64,000 nt of DNA. Source: Lama guanicoe (taxonomy: Eukaryota). Location of the stretch: NCBI GenBank assembly GCA_013239625.1, contig MU054323.1, positions 2,840,161 to 2,904,160 on the forward strand, written 5' to 3'. The translations under genes and the position numbers were made by a program. Shown in pieces: positions 11,831 to 25,710 of the stretch (within the stretch, counting starts at the first letter, position 1; each line of letters begins with the position of its first letter). The notes under the pieces are model-generated. The model worked only from the letters and a program-made list of their open reading frames with translations, made no database searches and was not told the origin of the DNA.

Positions 11831-14469
11831 CTTGAGAAAGTCCGTGATCATTTAGAACGTACATAGTGCTTGAACATTTTGGAGTTGTATCTTACAAACA
11901 TACTTTCATTTAGACGACCAAAGGCACACTGCCCCTTGGACATCAAACGGTTCTTATGTCATGCTGCTTTACGATTTAAATGTTGTTAATCCCAAAGCAT
12001 ATGGATTTGATTTTTCTTTAAATGTTCACAAGTTTAGAAATGAAGGGAACAGAGAAGAGCCCTGCAGAAGGAAGTTTGAGGATTTTTTTTTTCAAAATCC
12101 AAAAGGATTTCTTCTTTTTTTTAAGTTTCAGATACTGCACAACAATTGGTCGATTCAGCTCTGCTCTCCACACCCACTAGGCTTGTTTATGTCACCGTGA
12201 CTTAGACTCTTTTGTCTTTACTATCCCTGATATCTACATTGTAAGCAACGAATTCCTTTTGTTTATAAATAAAGCACCAGCTACCAAATAAGTCTCTCCA
12301 TCCCAAACTTGGACAAACAGTTCATTTTCCTACCCAGTTAATAATTACTTCTGGAAACTCCTTCAAATTCACTGTTCGGTGCACTCAAAGAATGGTCTGG
12401 GATCCAGAGTGGAAGCTTCCCCACCTGCACATAAAGCAGTACGTTCTAGGGTGAACAGTAAAAAATATTAAAGTTAGGAGAGTTCTAATTCTGGTCTTCC
12501 CTCCAGCCTGTGTGTTAATCAAGTCCTTAGAGCTATTTGGGGTTTGTTTTCCTGATCTATGAATGTGGCCCTAAGGATTATCCTCTTCACATTTGAATTT
12601 CTGTGAGAACTGAGATAATGGATGCGAAAGCACCTTGAAATATTTAAGCCTCTTACGCATGTAGCATTACAGAACATTCAAACCATCATTCCTCTGTTCT
12701 TCCCCTGGCCCTGGCCTCCACCTCCTTCAAGATGCAGTTCAAGTGTCGTCTTCTCAAAGAAGCCTTCTCTGAAGTTTCTATCCTCACATATAGCCTGTCA
12801 CTTACTAACCGTCTGGTCACAGCTCTCCCGCTCTGCAAGACCACGAACCTACTCTTAGCCATCATTTTCTCTTCTTTTTCTTTTTAGTCCTCCAAATAGT
12901 CACAAAAGGGGTTTTTGGGCACATACTCTGCACTTGTAGGTCTCAAGAGCTGGAAATTGAAAGATGGCTAAAAGTCATCCCTGCCCTCAAGGAATTCACA
13001 GCCAATTAGGAGCAGCCGAAAAGGAAACCAACCATCCCAATAATGGATGGCAAAGACAGGCCTGCATGGGGGCTTTGGGAATGGAGTGGACCCTCTGCTG
13101 CAGACTAGAAGCCATGCTTCTCCCAGGCCTGCTGAAAGCACGCTGTAACTTTCACTCATTCACTTTCAACAGGGTCTCTAGCAGACATGAGCATCGAATC
13201 TACTCTCCCAGTCCTTCAGAAAGACGTTTACTATAACCACCCACCAAGTACTAGTGATGTGCTCCAGGCGTTTCTCTGAAATTCCGGTGACCAAATAACT
13301 TTGGCACCGTTGACCACACACCCAGGTGGTGCTACATATATAAGTCCCATAACAGCAGCTCATGAATCATTCCCTTCGGCTACATAAAGAGCAAAGCCAA
13401 AGGCACCTCTGGTGCTCACCATGAGTTCTAGGTCTAGTTCAGAGGAGCTGCAAGTTAAAGTCCTAGCTTCTTCAGCCTGTATTTCTTTGCATATTCATAT
13501 TTAGAAATAATAACAATCCCTTACATCTGTAGAATACTTTACATTTTACCAAATACCTCCATACCTATTTGATCTTGGCAAAAATGTTCATTTCAATGGA
13601 TAAACAGGGCTTATTTTCTCTGTTTTATAGATGAGAAAACTTGAGATGAGGTGACTCAGACTAAAACCCATGTTTGTTGATCCATAATCCAGTGTTCTGA
13701 CAACTCTATCACACTGCGCGACCGGCGTACAGACCAAGAGAAGGGAAAAACTCCAGCATGTACATTGCTACATAAAGTAGACAGACAGGCATATGAATCT
13801 GGAGCCCAGAGGAGAGGTCTAACTGGTAACGAAGACTAGGCTTTTTGAATACAGAGCCATGCAAAAAATTTAACAAAGGCAGAATCCATTTATTTGATAT
13901 ATATTGTGCCAAGCCAAGTAATATATGCAGAAAACATTAGAAGCATGTAGAGTTCTATCAATTATGTTAAAGCACTGGCTTCTAATTTCTCTTTGAGGAG
14001 AATGTGTACCATGACAGCAGCATTTATTACACACCATGGTTATTTTCATGCTGGCCACATCCACTCGAGAGAAAGCCACCTGAGGTAGGCGCTGTGTATT
14101 TTAAATCAGTCTGGCATCCCCTACAATGTCGAAGAGTCTTTCTGGTTGGGGCCCCAGCCCCTCTGTAGTTCAGTTCCATGCCTGGATTTTCAAAAACTGA
14201 TGTGATTTGGTGACTCACAGCTGATGGAGGCCTTAGAGATCTTATAATCCAATCACCTCATGTTTAAAATGCAGAAGCATAGCAAATAAATAATTACTTT
14301 CCCTATTGCCCCACAACTACTTAATGAAAAAATTGGAACTAGAACATAGAATTCCCAACCTCACCACTCCTCAAAGACCACTGCCCAAGACTGTCCCACT
14401 ACCCTGGGACATTTGGGTCCCGGGTCAGATTTCTCCATGTGTAATGCAGAGGATGCTGAAGGAAATGTA

Positions 14470-16430
14470 ACAGCACAAGAAATTTCTAGTAACTTTTTCT
14501 ATTTAGCAGTAGAAATTCTCCTGTAATCTTAACCAAAAATAATGAGAAATTCTATGTTATAAATAGTCTTTGGTATAGAGCTGAGACACAATAAATTTTT
14601 TTTTGATTGACCAAGTTTAAATAAATTATTAATTCAAGATCTGTAAAGAAAACATTTTTCTCTAATGTTTTGAATTTCTTTTTTGGAAAGTAATGATTAA
14701 AGTTTTGAGACACAGAATTGAAAAGTAACAATACCTCTAAATTTATTTTATTCAAATTGGCTTCATTAATAACATTCTTCTCAATATGTTACAGCAATGT
14801 TGGGAAAACATAGCAACTAGGGTGATTATTTTTGAATCTTCCTTGCCATAACAACATCTTTTGGAACTTCTTGAATACATCTGACATGTTGAAATATAGC
14901 ATTGGTTTTCCATGCAGTTTTAAATTAAATTTGTTAAGAACGCTAAAAATATCAGTTAAGTAGCCAAACTTGTTACCCATATGACATCTGTAGAAATATT
15001 TTCCAAGAGAGATTCTTTTATAACTGAAAATGTGAATCTCATTTGTGAGTTTCTGTGCCCTGCTTCGTACTTTCTCTTCCAAAAATCAAGGACTTTCAGA
15101 GTGATATTGTAAATAACAATGTTTAACTACAATTTCTGAACAAAATATTTCCAAAACCCAGTTACCTAGTAAAAAGCCTTTCAATAAATTAAAAACAATT
15201 CAATGTATTTTTAAATATATCCATGACAATTAGCAGAAATGTTCGAGATTCCCCAGATTTATGAAGTATTCTTAAGTGTTTTGGAATGGAACCATTATTA
15301 ATAAACTCTAACCATTTTACTAACTCCTATATACTTTCCAATATATTTTCAGCCTTATCACCTGTAATTATTTTGTAGTTTTTTCAGGTCAATTTATGTT
15401 GACTAGCAATTTTTCTTCCTGAGTCTAGGAAGAAATTCAAATCTAGGCTAAATTTATTCTAATCTAGGTAAAATTTATACAACTGAACAAATCTGCTATA
15501 AAATTGTCTTGCCACAATTATCTCACAAATATCAGGACATTCATTAGACTGGATTCTAGAATCCAAACTTGAGTATGTAATAAACATTGCTGTGAAATAT
15601 TCTTCAACAGTAAAGATTATATAAGATAAAATAAAGGTACACACAGCATCAATACATAATGGAAAAACAAATTTTCCAGCAATTATAGTAACAATTTTCT
15701 CTTTGCCACACTATATATTAATACTATAGACTATTAAATATGGTAATAACAAAGGCTTAGTGGTTGAAAAACGTTGCAGAAAATGTTGCAATAATTTTTT
15801 TCCCAACAAAAATATTTGAGAATTTTTATCAACAAATTTGTCATACTGTGTTGCCGAGTAGATTTTAATCTCTTAATTTTGAAGGTTTGAACTTTCATAA
15901 CAAAAATACACTGGATTCTGTTATTCTCATTGTGTTTTCAGCACTTGATAAAATTATTTTTTCAATAAACTTCACTATAAGAAATTTTTTAGAATAGGGT
16001 CAATGATTTTACCAATATCATTACACTTTACACCCAGGAGTTGAAATTGAACATGAATATTATTTTTTCTTCTAATAAAAAAATCAATATCTTTTACTGA
16101 GCAATCTATACTCTTTGTTATTAAACGGCACAATTGTTGCAAACTCAGAAAATGTCATATTTTAAACTTCCTTTCTAAAAAATTCACTGAAAGTTCACAA
16201 CTGAAATTTGATTGAAAGTCTCCACACTCTTGCTTAGAGCTGAGAAAAGTAATTTCTCACTTAGTTTCAAAACTATGGGCTATAGTAATAAAAAAACTAA
16301 ACAATACACTTTAACCGTCCTGTTATATTGATAATCAAACTGGCTGTCATATCACAAAACCAAATGAGAAAACAATAAGCAATAAATTAAAAACTCATTC
16401 ATACTCAGTATGTATCTTTGTCATGTCTCT
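14470..16430 (-). mobile_element. Fossil hAT (Charlie9-like) DNA transposon with decayed transposase similar to FAM200A/B
   Basis: ORF pieces 14789-15082 (GYLTDIFSVLNKFNLKLHGK...LLWQGRFKNNHPSCYVFPTLL), 14552-14755 (KINLEVLLLFNSVSQNFNHYFPKKKFKTLEKN) and 15459-15644 (IFTVEEYFTAMFIT...IQSNECPDI) are collinear with the FAM200/Charlie transposase as I recall it. Many stops and frameshifts. Confidence 0.8.
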
Positions 16431-16509
16431 TTCAAACAAATTATCTCCCATGTGGCTCGGTAGTTGGCCTGGTATTAATTGCAATACATGTGGTTCCTAC
16501 TTAGAATCC

Positions 16510-19420
16510 TTGAAATGCACTGGTATTTTCTACGCTATTCTTTTCTGTTATGCATTTCCCTCTAAGTATTGCCATAGCTGCATCACACAAATTTTTATAT
16601 ACTGTATTCATTTTCATTTAACTCAGAATATTTTCTAATTTCCCTTGTGATTTCTTGATACACAGATGGCGTAGAAATATGCTATTTAATTTTAGAACAT
16701 TTGAGTATTTTACAATACTGTCTCCAATAAGTTTCTGTCATTGTTTCTAGCTTAAATTGATTTTTATCAAAAGAACATACTCCGCATAATTTCAATTCTT
16801 TGAAATTTGTTGAGTTTTGTTCCATGGCCCAGGAAGTAGTGCATCTTTATGAATGTTCCATATGCATTTGAAAAGAATATGTATTGGTGGGGGAAGTGTT
16901 CTGTAAGTATCAATCTGCTGATGGTTGGTGGTATGGTTTTGGTCTTCCGCAGCCCCACTAATTTTCTGTCTACTTTTTCTATCAGTTACTGAGTGAGAGT
17001 ATTATGTTCTCTATCTATAAATGTGGGCTTGTTTATTTCTCCATTAATTTCTGAAAGTTCTTGCTTTATGTATTTCAAAATTCTGCCAAGTGTATACACT
17101 TTCTGAACTTTTATGTCTTTTTGATTAAATGACTACTTTATAATAATGTAATGTTCCTTTGAAGTCTGTTTTGTCTGATATTAACACAGCTACTCTGACT
17201 TTCTTTTGATTAAAGTTTGTGTGGTATATCTTTTTCCACACTTACACTCCCACCTAGCTACATCTCTATTTAAAGTAGATTTCTCATAAATACTATATAG
17301 ATTTATCTGGCTTTTTACCCAACTTGACCATCACTGCTTTTCTTTTTCCCCCAATGTTTACTGAAATATAACTGACATATAACATTGTGTAAATTTGAGA
17401 TATATAACATGATAATTTGGTATCCATATATATAGAAGCACAGCTTTTCAACTGGAGTGTGTAGACCATTTATATTTGATCTGATTATTCATATGGCTGG
17501 ACAAAAATCTGTCATCTTGCTAGTTGTTTGCTATTTGTCTCATCTGTTCTTCATAGCTTTTTGCCCTCTTTTCTTGCTTTCTGATTATTTTGTGCTCATT
17601 TTACCTCCATTATTGAGTCCTTAGTTATACCTCTGTTTTAATTTTACTTTTAGTAAAATTATGGCTTATGACATCTGCAACTTATAAAATGTACTCTTTC
17701 TCTAGCTGCCCTCAAGATATTTTCTTCATCTTTAGTTTTCAGCAATTTGAATATGATGTGTTGAGGTGTGAGGTGTTGGGGAAGGCAAATAATCCTGCTT
17801 AGGGATTTACTGAGTTTGGGGATCTTTGGTTTATTACATTTTTATTAAAGTTTGGGCCATGATCTTTTTCAAATATTTCATCTGCTTTGTTCATTTCTTC
17901 TCCATCTGGGATTCCAATTATACGTATGTCAGACTTCTGATACTGCCCCATGATTCTTGGATGCTCTGTTCTCCTCCCACTCCTGCCCCTGCTTGCTTTT
18001 CTTTTTTGTGTTTAAGTTTGGATGATTTCTGCTGTCCAAACTTCAAGTTCACTCATTTTATTTCTTTCACTGTATCCCATCTGCTTGTAAACTCTTTTTT
18101 TATATACAGTTTTCAGCACTTTACTCAAAGTCTCAATCTATTCTTGCATGTTGTCTACATCTTCCCAATGGCTAATATGTTTAATAAATATTAATCACAG
18201 CTATCTTAAAATACAAATTTGATGGTTCGAACATCTAAATCATCTCTATTATTGATCTCATGACAAGTTATTTTTTCCTGCTCTTTAAAGTTTTTGCAAT
18301 TTTTATTGTTCAGAACAATATAGGTAGAGTTAAAAAATTTACATGCAGAAATGGGTGTGTTTCTTCTTCTGTCAGGCCATTAGTATGGGAAGTTGATTCA
18401 ATCTAACTGATCTGGGTTATCATATTGCTATAGTTACCTTTGGTGCATCACAGACTCAAATTCCTCCAGCAGTGGGTTACTGTTACCTTGTGCTTAGTGT
18501 GGAGTAAGGAATGCTGAGGAGTTTTCCTCAGTGTTCTTGCTTCACTCTCTGCTTTCAGCAGCCCCTGCAACTCTGCGCCACAGACACATCTGTCTCCATG
18601 CTTCTGACCAACTCCAGCAGAAGACAGCTGCTGCTTCTTATTTGGTGCTAGACTCAGAGGGGGAGTTCTTGGTTCTCCTGATCCAGAATCAGTCTTAGGC
18701 AGGTCCTGTGTACCATGGCCTTGGGAATTGAGGATTTTTAGGATTCCTTTCAAAACCTCACGATGGCAGCCACTCTGCCCTGTGTCCATGTGGTGGTAGT
18801 GGGAGGCAGGGCATTGGCAGTAGAAAATTTCTTGTCTCTTCTCAGTAGCAGAAGATATCCGCTTTGTATCAGTGCAGAATCCTGGATCCAAGAGGGCTTC
18901 AAGCCCTTTGTTCAGCATCTTAAGACCTTTCCTTCAGTATGAGAACGATCTAGGGACGTTAGCAGTGCTTTACATCTGTGGATCAGCAGTTGATCCCTAC
19001 CACTGAGAACCCATCGCCTGGATCCTGCCCTGTCCCCAGTCTTTCTTTTGAGAACCCTAATGAGTGGAGATTCCCTTGTGTCAGTGCTCCCAGCCATTCT
19101 AAGCTATCATACAAATCTGTGCTCAACCTATAAGAATTCATCAAAATTCTTAGCTGTCTTCTTCTTTCCTTTCATGGCAGCAACTTCTTCCCATGTTATG
19201 TCAAAGGTGAAATTGTCCCTGTGTTTGTTCTCCTTCTCGGAGAGACCTGCACTTCTGAAATTCAGTTCTCCTGGTTGCTTTGTTGCCTCAACTCTATGAT
19301 GGTTTTAAGAAAATTATTACTTTGTTGATTATTCAGTATTTTCTCATTAATAGAATAGGAGCAAGGTTATCGTATAGCTTTCTACATTTCTCATTATCCT
19401 AAGAAGAACCAGAATCCTAT
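16510..19420 (-). mobile_element. Old L1 (L1MC/MD-like): 5'UTR, ORF1 and start of ORF2, 3' part missing
   Basis: ORF 16767-16958 (YIFFSNAYGTFIKMHYFLGHGTKLNKFQRIEIMRSMF) is the L1 endonuclease end. Antisense ORF1-like and 5'UTR-like sequence continues to ~19.4 kb. Confidence 0.85.
17343..17438 (-). mobile_element. Short L1 3' tail nested in the older L1, with TSD
   Basis: tttactgaaatataactgacatataacattgtgtaaatt... flanked by cactgcttttc (17332-17342) and cacagcttttc (17439-17449). Confidence 0.7.
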
Positions 19421-19610
19421 CTATTCTGTACTATTCTATTCTCTTCTATTTCAACTATATCTCAATAATGCTGGAAAAAATATTATACACATTCTCTTCT
19501 ATTTTCTTCCACTCCATTAAAAAAAACAACAAGCACAGGAAATGACCACCAAATTTAAAGTTTCACAATCCATAAATTAGTCCTGACCTGATCAAAACCA
19601 CAAAAGTGAA
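19420..19610. mobile_element. Probable Charlie-type terminal region resuming after the L1
   Basis: tttcacaatccataaattagtcctgacctg resembles Charlie terminal sequence (tttcacgacccactaatgggtcgcgacccg). Confidence 0.4.
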
Positions 19611-22600
19611 TACAATGGATTGTTAGAATCAAGGAAAAAAAATTCCTTGACACTAAGCATTTATTTCAATAACATTATCTGTGTATCATTCAGCTCAATA
19701 CCAGCAACTCTTCTGCAGTTCTGAGAACAAAGTAGCTGCTCAATTATACAAAGGGATAAGCTGCATAAGAAAATAAAATTTAGCTTGACAGAGATAATAT
19801 CTGTATAAGGATTAGAACTACCTAAATCTGTAAGGGTTAATTAACCACCAGATTTACTGAATCTAAACCAGATAACTTTGACTCTTAAAAATCAGATCCC
19901 CATGTCAAAGGACAAATTTACCACCAGTGAGGGCTATACACAGATGTTCCAAAAGTGTTTTGAGAAATACATGCAATAAATAAGAATTGCAAAATAAATC
20001 CCCCCAAAGTTTCTATTTTGATTGGAACGACACTCTACAGAGATTGTTTTGTAGAACAATCTCTCTATTTTGCAACCAGGTCTTATAATACAGGAATTTC
20101 TGCTGAAGACTAAATTTATAAGGTAAATGGACCCATAAAGCTAAGAAGAAAGCAACAAGGCAAGCAGAATAAAAGTTACAGTGGGATCTATAGAGTCAGA
20201 AATCACCTGCACATGTAGCCAATTAGTGTGGATGACCTTCCTATGAAAATGGTTACTTAGGGAAGCAAGTGGAGGGTCCAATGAACGGCTTAAAGGGAGA
20301 GCCCCAGCGACCCTATTTGGGTATGAAATTGAAACTAACAAAGAAGAGTTGAAAAAGGGAGAGATAATGAGAGGACCAAGGAGAAAAAGGAGGAAAGGAA
20401 ACATCCAAATAAACTAGTATGAGCTTTTATAAAGTGCTCTGATAATTTTCTTTATTATCTGTAGCCTTATATTTTAAACATTTTATGGTTTTACAAAAGT
20501 CACAGACCATGGAGTGGAGCTGACAAATATACCAGGTATCAGGGGTTATGTAAACAACCTTTGGTGAACTCCATAGCCTAATTTACTGTCATAAACACTG
20601 TGGGAAGCAGAGATCTCTATGGCAGCTGGGTGTGGATATTCTCACTGTCAGCAGGGAAGATTCATTGCCTCCTCACAATGCTGGGACCCCAACAGCATTT
20701 ACCAAGACAGATGACTTGGTGACAGACACTTCAGGCTGAAAGTTAATATTTAGCCCAGTAAGATGAAACTTGAGAACATCAGAATCATGCCCCTGGGACG
20801 TCCCCTTGGTCCTTACAGCCCAGGAGATTGTCTGTAATAAGGACTCCAAGAGTGAGTCCTAGAGGGCTGGGATGTCACATTTGCTATCAGCCTTGGAGGT
20901 CAGGGAAGTGGCCAGTCACCCTGGCCACCCTGGATAATTATGTTATACCTGTCATGCAGGAATGAATTGAACCTCTGAAGTCTACTTGTATTTTTTGCCA
21001 GTACCACCTCTTAGGCTAATGGGTTCCAGAAGTGTATTCACTTTCCTCTGTTGAAATTATAATTCCTTTTTATTTATTCTAAACTTACCACTTATGAATA
21101 TCTAGTATGTGTGTTTGTTAAACAAGCCTCAGCTTATCCTTGACTTGATAAACTTCGATTTTATCCAAACACAGTCTTATCTTTCCAAATGAAAGGTCTT
21201 TTTGTTTGAGACTGAATTCTTACAGCTCTCTCTTCTCCCACCACATCCTCAATCTGTTAAAATGTCTGTCTGGATTTTAAAATAAAAATGTGGGGAGCAG
21301 ACCTTAATGACATAAACTAATATTCTCTTGTCAGCCACAGCTACCCTACCTTTTTCTATTTCTCTCTGGAGTTGAATTGAGCAATATATATATATATTTT
21401 TTTTTGCTCAACTTCAGAACAGAAGGTATCTGATTACAACAATGACTTTCTCCTAAAAAGAGAGGGAGCAAAACTGTTACTCTTTTAGCAAATCAGGTTC
21501 TCCTTTAATCTCTGATAATGAAATTCAAATTGAACCAATGCCTTCAGTGTGACTGAGTGCTTTAAGAAAATGGTATTACCTCAGAAAATTCAGGCAACAA
21601 AACTAGCAGACCCAATAATTACCATCCTTCCGAGCAGTCCCTCTGAAGGAGGCTACATGCTCATGCAGGTGACCCTGTCTTAGCACAGAACACATCTGTA
21701 GTCACCCTTTTGGAAATTCCTGTAGAGCCAGTGTATAAACTAAGTGAGCAGGAAATGTCATTGCTTTATCATCATACTTGACTTTTGAATAAGACATAAA
21801 AAGCACTTAGATTTCAGAATTCACTTTTTATCTCATTTCCAAATGAATTGGCCATGTTTTTCAAATGGCCTTCAAAGGAGGTCACCGCTGAGGACTAGCC
21901 CTTCTCAGCAATCTTGCCACAACCATCAGCAAGCACCCCTGGGAGCCTACAGTAAACAGGCTCTGTGCCGCCAGGGATGGAGGGATCCTTCAGATGCAGT
22001 CCCCGCTCTTACAGAGCCTGCAGTCTAAGCAGAAGCGAAACACAGGTGCAATGTGAAAAGTGCTAGGTGAGAGTTGGGACGAGTCTGGACTAAAGCTGTC
22101 TGAGCAGTTGCAACAAGAGGAATGGGACCTGTGCTCAGCCCAGGACGACTCGCAGAGCTGGAAGAGGGTGCACACAATGTGCAAAGACCAGTTTGGCTAA
22201 AAGTAATGGAAGCGGGAGGCAAGTTCCACTAACGACTTCTGTTGCTTTTTGGAAGTTATTTAACCTCTTGAATTCTCCTTTTAATCACAGTGCCTAGGCT
22301 TCTAGTTCAAAATGGCAGACTGAACACATTCACTTACTGCCTTCTTTCCTCTAACCTAGTGAGACTGCGTACAACAGTGGCATGCATAGTGTATCTGGCA
22401 CCTGGACTGGGTCGTCTTTTAAATACTCCCTTTTTCCTTATGACAACATTACTTTCAGTAATAGTCATTATTTCCTTGGCCTGTTCCATTGTTCAAAACA
22501 AAGAATTAATTCATAAACAAGAAACTTCCATTTAAAGATACCACTGTAATTTTATAAAAGCTTTTGTGCATACACTACAATTTGCACTTGCCATAGAAAA

Positions 22601-23859
22601 ATATTGTGGCTCGCGGTTTGCTCTGCATATCATTGTTTCAAATTTAAACACAAAGGAATGGGCACATGGAGTGAGGCAACTGAAGTGACTCAAGTTCTGT
22701 TTCTTTATCTTCACAAGACCACACTGTCAATGCTTATGTCCAATCTACTGTTTAAATGCAGGAACATGTAGCTCCACAGGAACTGGAAACACAAATGGCA
22801 CCAAAAGCAAGTTTGAATGATTCCAAAACTTTCCAAACTTGAAACAAATATGTGTAGCTGCGTCCATTTGTGTTGGAAAAACCTGTGTAACTGGGAGGTT
22901 TCCAAATGAACTTCCCAGTAAAATCAAATGTTTCTTAGACAATAAATAGTAAAAATGTGCTTATTTGAAACGTACGTATATTTTGTTAAAACTCTACAGT
23001 AACCAAAGCAATTGTTTAGAACTTATATTCTTTTAAAAGATGTGTTTTTTTGTGGGGGTGGGGGGAGGAAGGGGACAGAGAACATTTTATCTGACCTTGG
23101 TGACAATTAAAACCAGACTTCCTTTTGGTTGGTTTTATTATTGTTTATAAATGCTCTACCAGCAATGTACCCACCATTGCTTACACTCTGAATGGGGCTT
23201 TCCAACTGCCCCATCTTAAGCGCACCACCGCAGTAAAATACAAACAGGAAAAATTCATTAAAAGCACTGATAATGGGAGTAATAGTCATTTCTAAAAACT
23301 CCTAGACCATAGGATCATACTGGTCAATAAACTAGGATGTAAGAGGCTGAGCTCAGGGCACGTAGAAGGCTGCCGCATTGTAAGTCTTCACTGTGGAGGG
23401 TTTTGGGATGAGTGAGGGCAGAGAGGATGGAGGAGGCAGAAGCGGATGCAGTGAGTGCAGAGCTACCTGCTGAGTCAGCCTGACACCACCCCTTCTCCAG
23501 TCACCCTGCCCCACGCAACAGCAGTGTCCTTCCCCTGGATGAAGACGTAAAGATTGCTCCCAAAGGAATTCAGCAACCTGCCTAGGAGGACACTGTGTCC
23601 CCACGGGAGAGCTGGCACCCCAACGCTGACTCTTCATCAAGGCCCAGCAGAGGTAGAGTTAGGAAGCCTGACGATCAACACGCCCAGAATTTGAGCTGCC
23701 ATCTCCTTCTAGGCGGGTGGGGAGTGGCAGCGGGTGGAGGCTGAAGCAACAGAGGAAACCACAGCTTTGCTTTTGCTAATCAGTCTACTTATTCCTTCTT
23801 AAATATGAATGCTAGTCAAGGCTTCTGGGAAACTTGCAGAGTCAGGTGTTCAAAAGAGA

Positions 23860-24130
23860 AGGAATAGAAAAGAAAAAAAAAAACAGAAGGTATCTAGAAA
23901 AAAGAAACAGACACCAAAATAACCCTAATTAATAGTCCCAGAGAGGCTTAGGAAGAAAGGGCATCCATCAAACAAGAACAGGTTACTATTTTTTTTTTTA
24001 AAAAGACATCATCAAAGAACAAGAATGCGTCCATGGAAATAAAAATATATAATTTAATACGAGGGCTGAAAGGAGTTCAGAAAAACTTTCAGAACAGAAG
24101 TTTAAAAAAAGACAGAGAAAATGTAAGTAC
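23860..24130 (+). mobile_element. HAL1-like LINE fragment
   Basis: gcatccatcaaacaagaacagg...aaagaacaagaatgcgtccatggaaataaaaatat resembles HAL1. Confidence 0.6.
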
Positions 24131-25710
24131 AAATTGAACATTTAACATATCAATGTTTCAATATTCCATTTTTCTCAAAATATGTTATTAAACCTGTTAA
24201 AAATATTAGTATTGATGAATGACATATTAGAACCTAAGAAACAAAACATTACACTATGATTCTCTACATGTCTATACTTTATCACCGAATCACAGATTAG
24301 TGCCAAAAAAAAAAAGTGGAAATCATCAAGGTCAGTTTTTTTCCGAAATGCAGATGACTAGGATTTGACAAATTTTTTTCAGCAGGTTTAAAGGGAAACT
24401 GAGTGAGTAAAGTCCCATGTTCTTACACCTAATTTAAACAGAGTGGTTTTTCTTCCACTGGCTTTTTTCCTACTGGGGTTCTATGTACAATTGCATTTGT
24501 AAAGGAGTGATTTGCTGCAGAACTATGTGAGCCACGCAGGACTAATACTTGTGTGTTCCGTTCAGACTGTATTTTTAAAATATTTGTTCACTCATCTAGA
24601 AATACTAAACACTACATGAAGGATGCAGAAAAATAGGACTGCTAGGGGTGAGGTTCAATCTCTCCCCTGTCATCCAGGCCTCTTGGATGGGGCCCAAGCT
24701 TGTGGGGTAACAGAACAAAAGCCCTGCGGTAAACCTGATTCCCTCTCGTTAGAAGGGTTTATCCTCCATCTGTTGCTCCTTAAGCATGCTCCTTGGGAAT
24801 CCCACCCAATATCCCAAGTGGCTTACTCTAAGATCACATATGGTACTCTTTCTGAGAGGAGTTCTGATAAATTCAGCTTTCTCCTTTTTATTTTATTTCC
24901 ATTGCTGTTTTAACACCTCAGAGAGATGGAGATCCTGGACAGCTCCTCAGCTGGCCAGCCCCATTATGTGGCTCAGTGCATTTAACATGTGTTTGATAAC
25001 TACTCATCAAAATCAAACCTCCCGTTTGCAGCTGAGGAAACTAAGATCTGGGAGACAGAATTACCTAACCAAGGTTATACATGTTCCCACTACAGTCAAT
25101 GTTATTGTTGTGCTTTCTAACAGTTTCCCTCAGGTATGTTTTTTTTTTCTTCTCAAACGGATGTCAGCTGCCTTAGTTAACGATCACTGCTTAGATTTTT
25201 TTTTGAACTCCTTCAGCACAACGTTAAGAATGAAACAGGTGTCCAATAAGTACTTGTTGGCAATTTTTAAATAGCTTTTGGAAAGAAAACAGACTTCCAC
25301 TTTCCAGTAGTATACAGCCGGATGCAGTAGCCCAACATTTTTGTTGCAACAATTAGGGAAAAAATTGAAAAATAATTTAAAATAATGTTTTTGGAGACAT
25401 CAGATAACTATAGAAGCAAAAATGGTTAAATTATCTAAATTTCCAGAGAAGAAAATGTACTCTCCGCTGCTAGCTGACAAATGCTGGCTATTTTGTATGG
25501 TGGTGGCATTTGTCAATCAAGTGTGCTGAGAGGTAGAAGTAATTTACTCTGGGAAAGACCAATCAAACTTTGATAGCCATACAGACTATGTTGAAGGACT
25601 GAAACCTAGTTACGCCCCAAATTTCCCACCATTTTTCCCAATAAGACATCCGATGAGGTACGCAGAAGCACAAAGGGTAGTAACAAAAATCAAAAAGCAA
25701 CCACTTCTGC

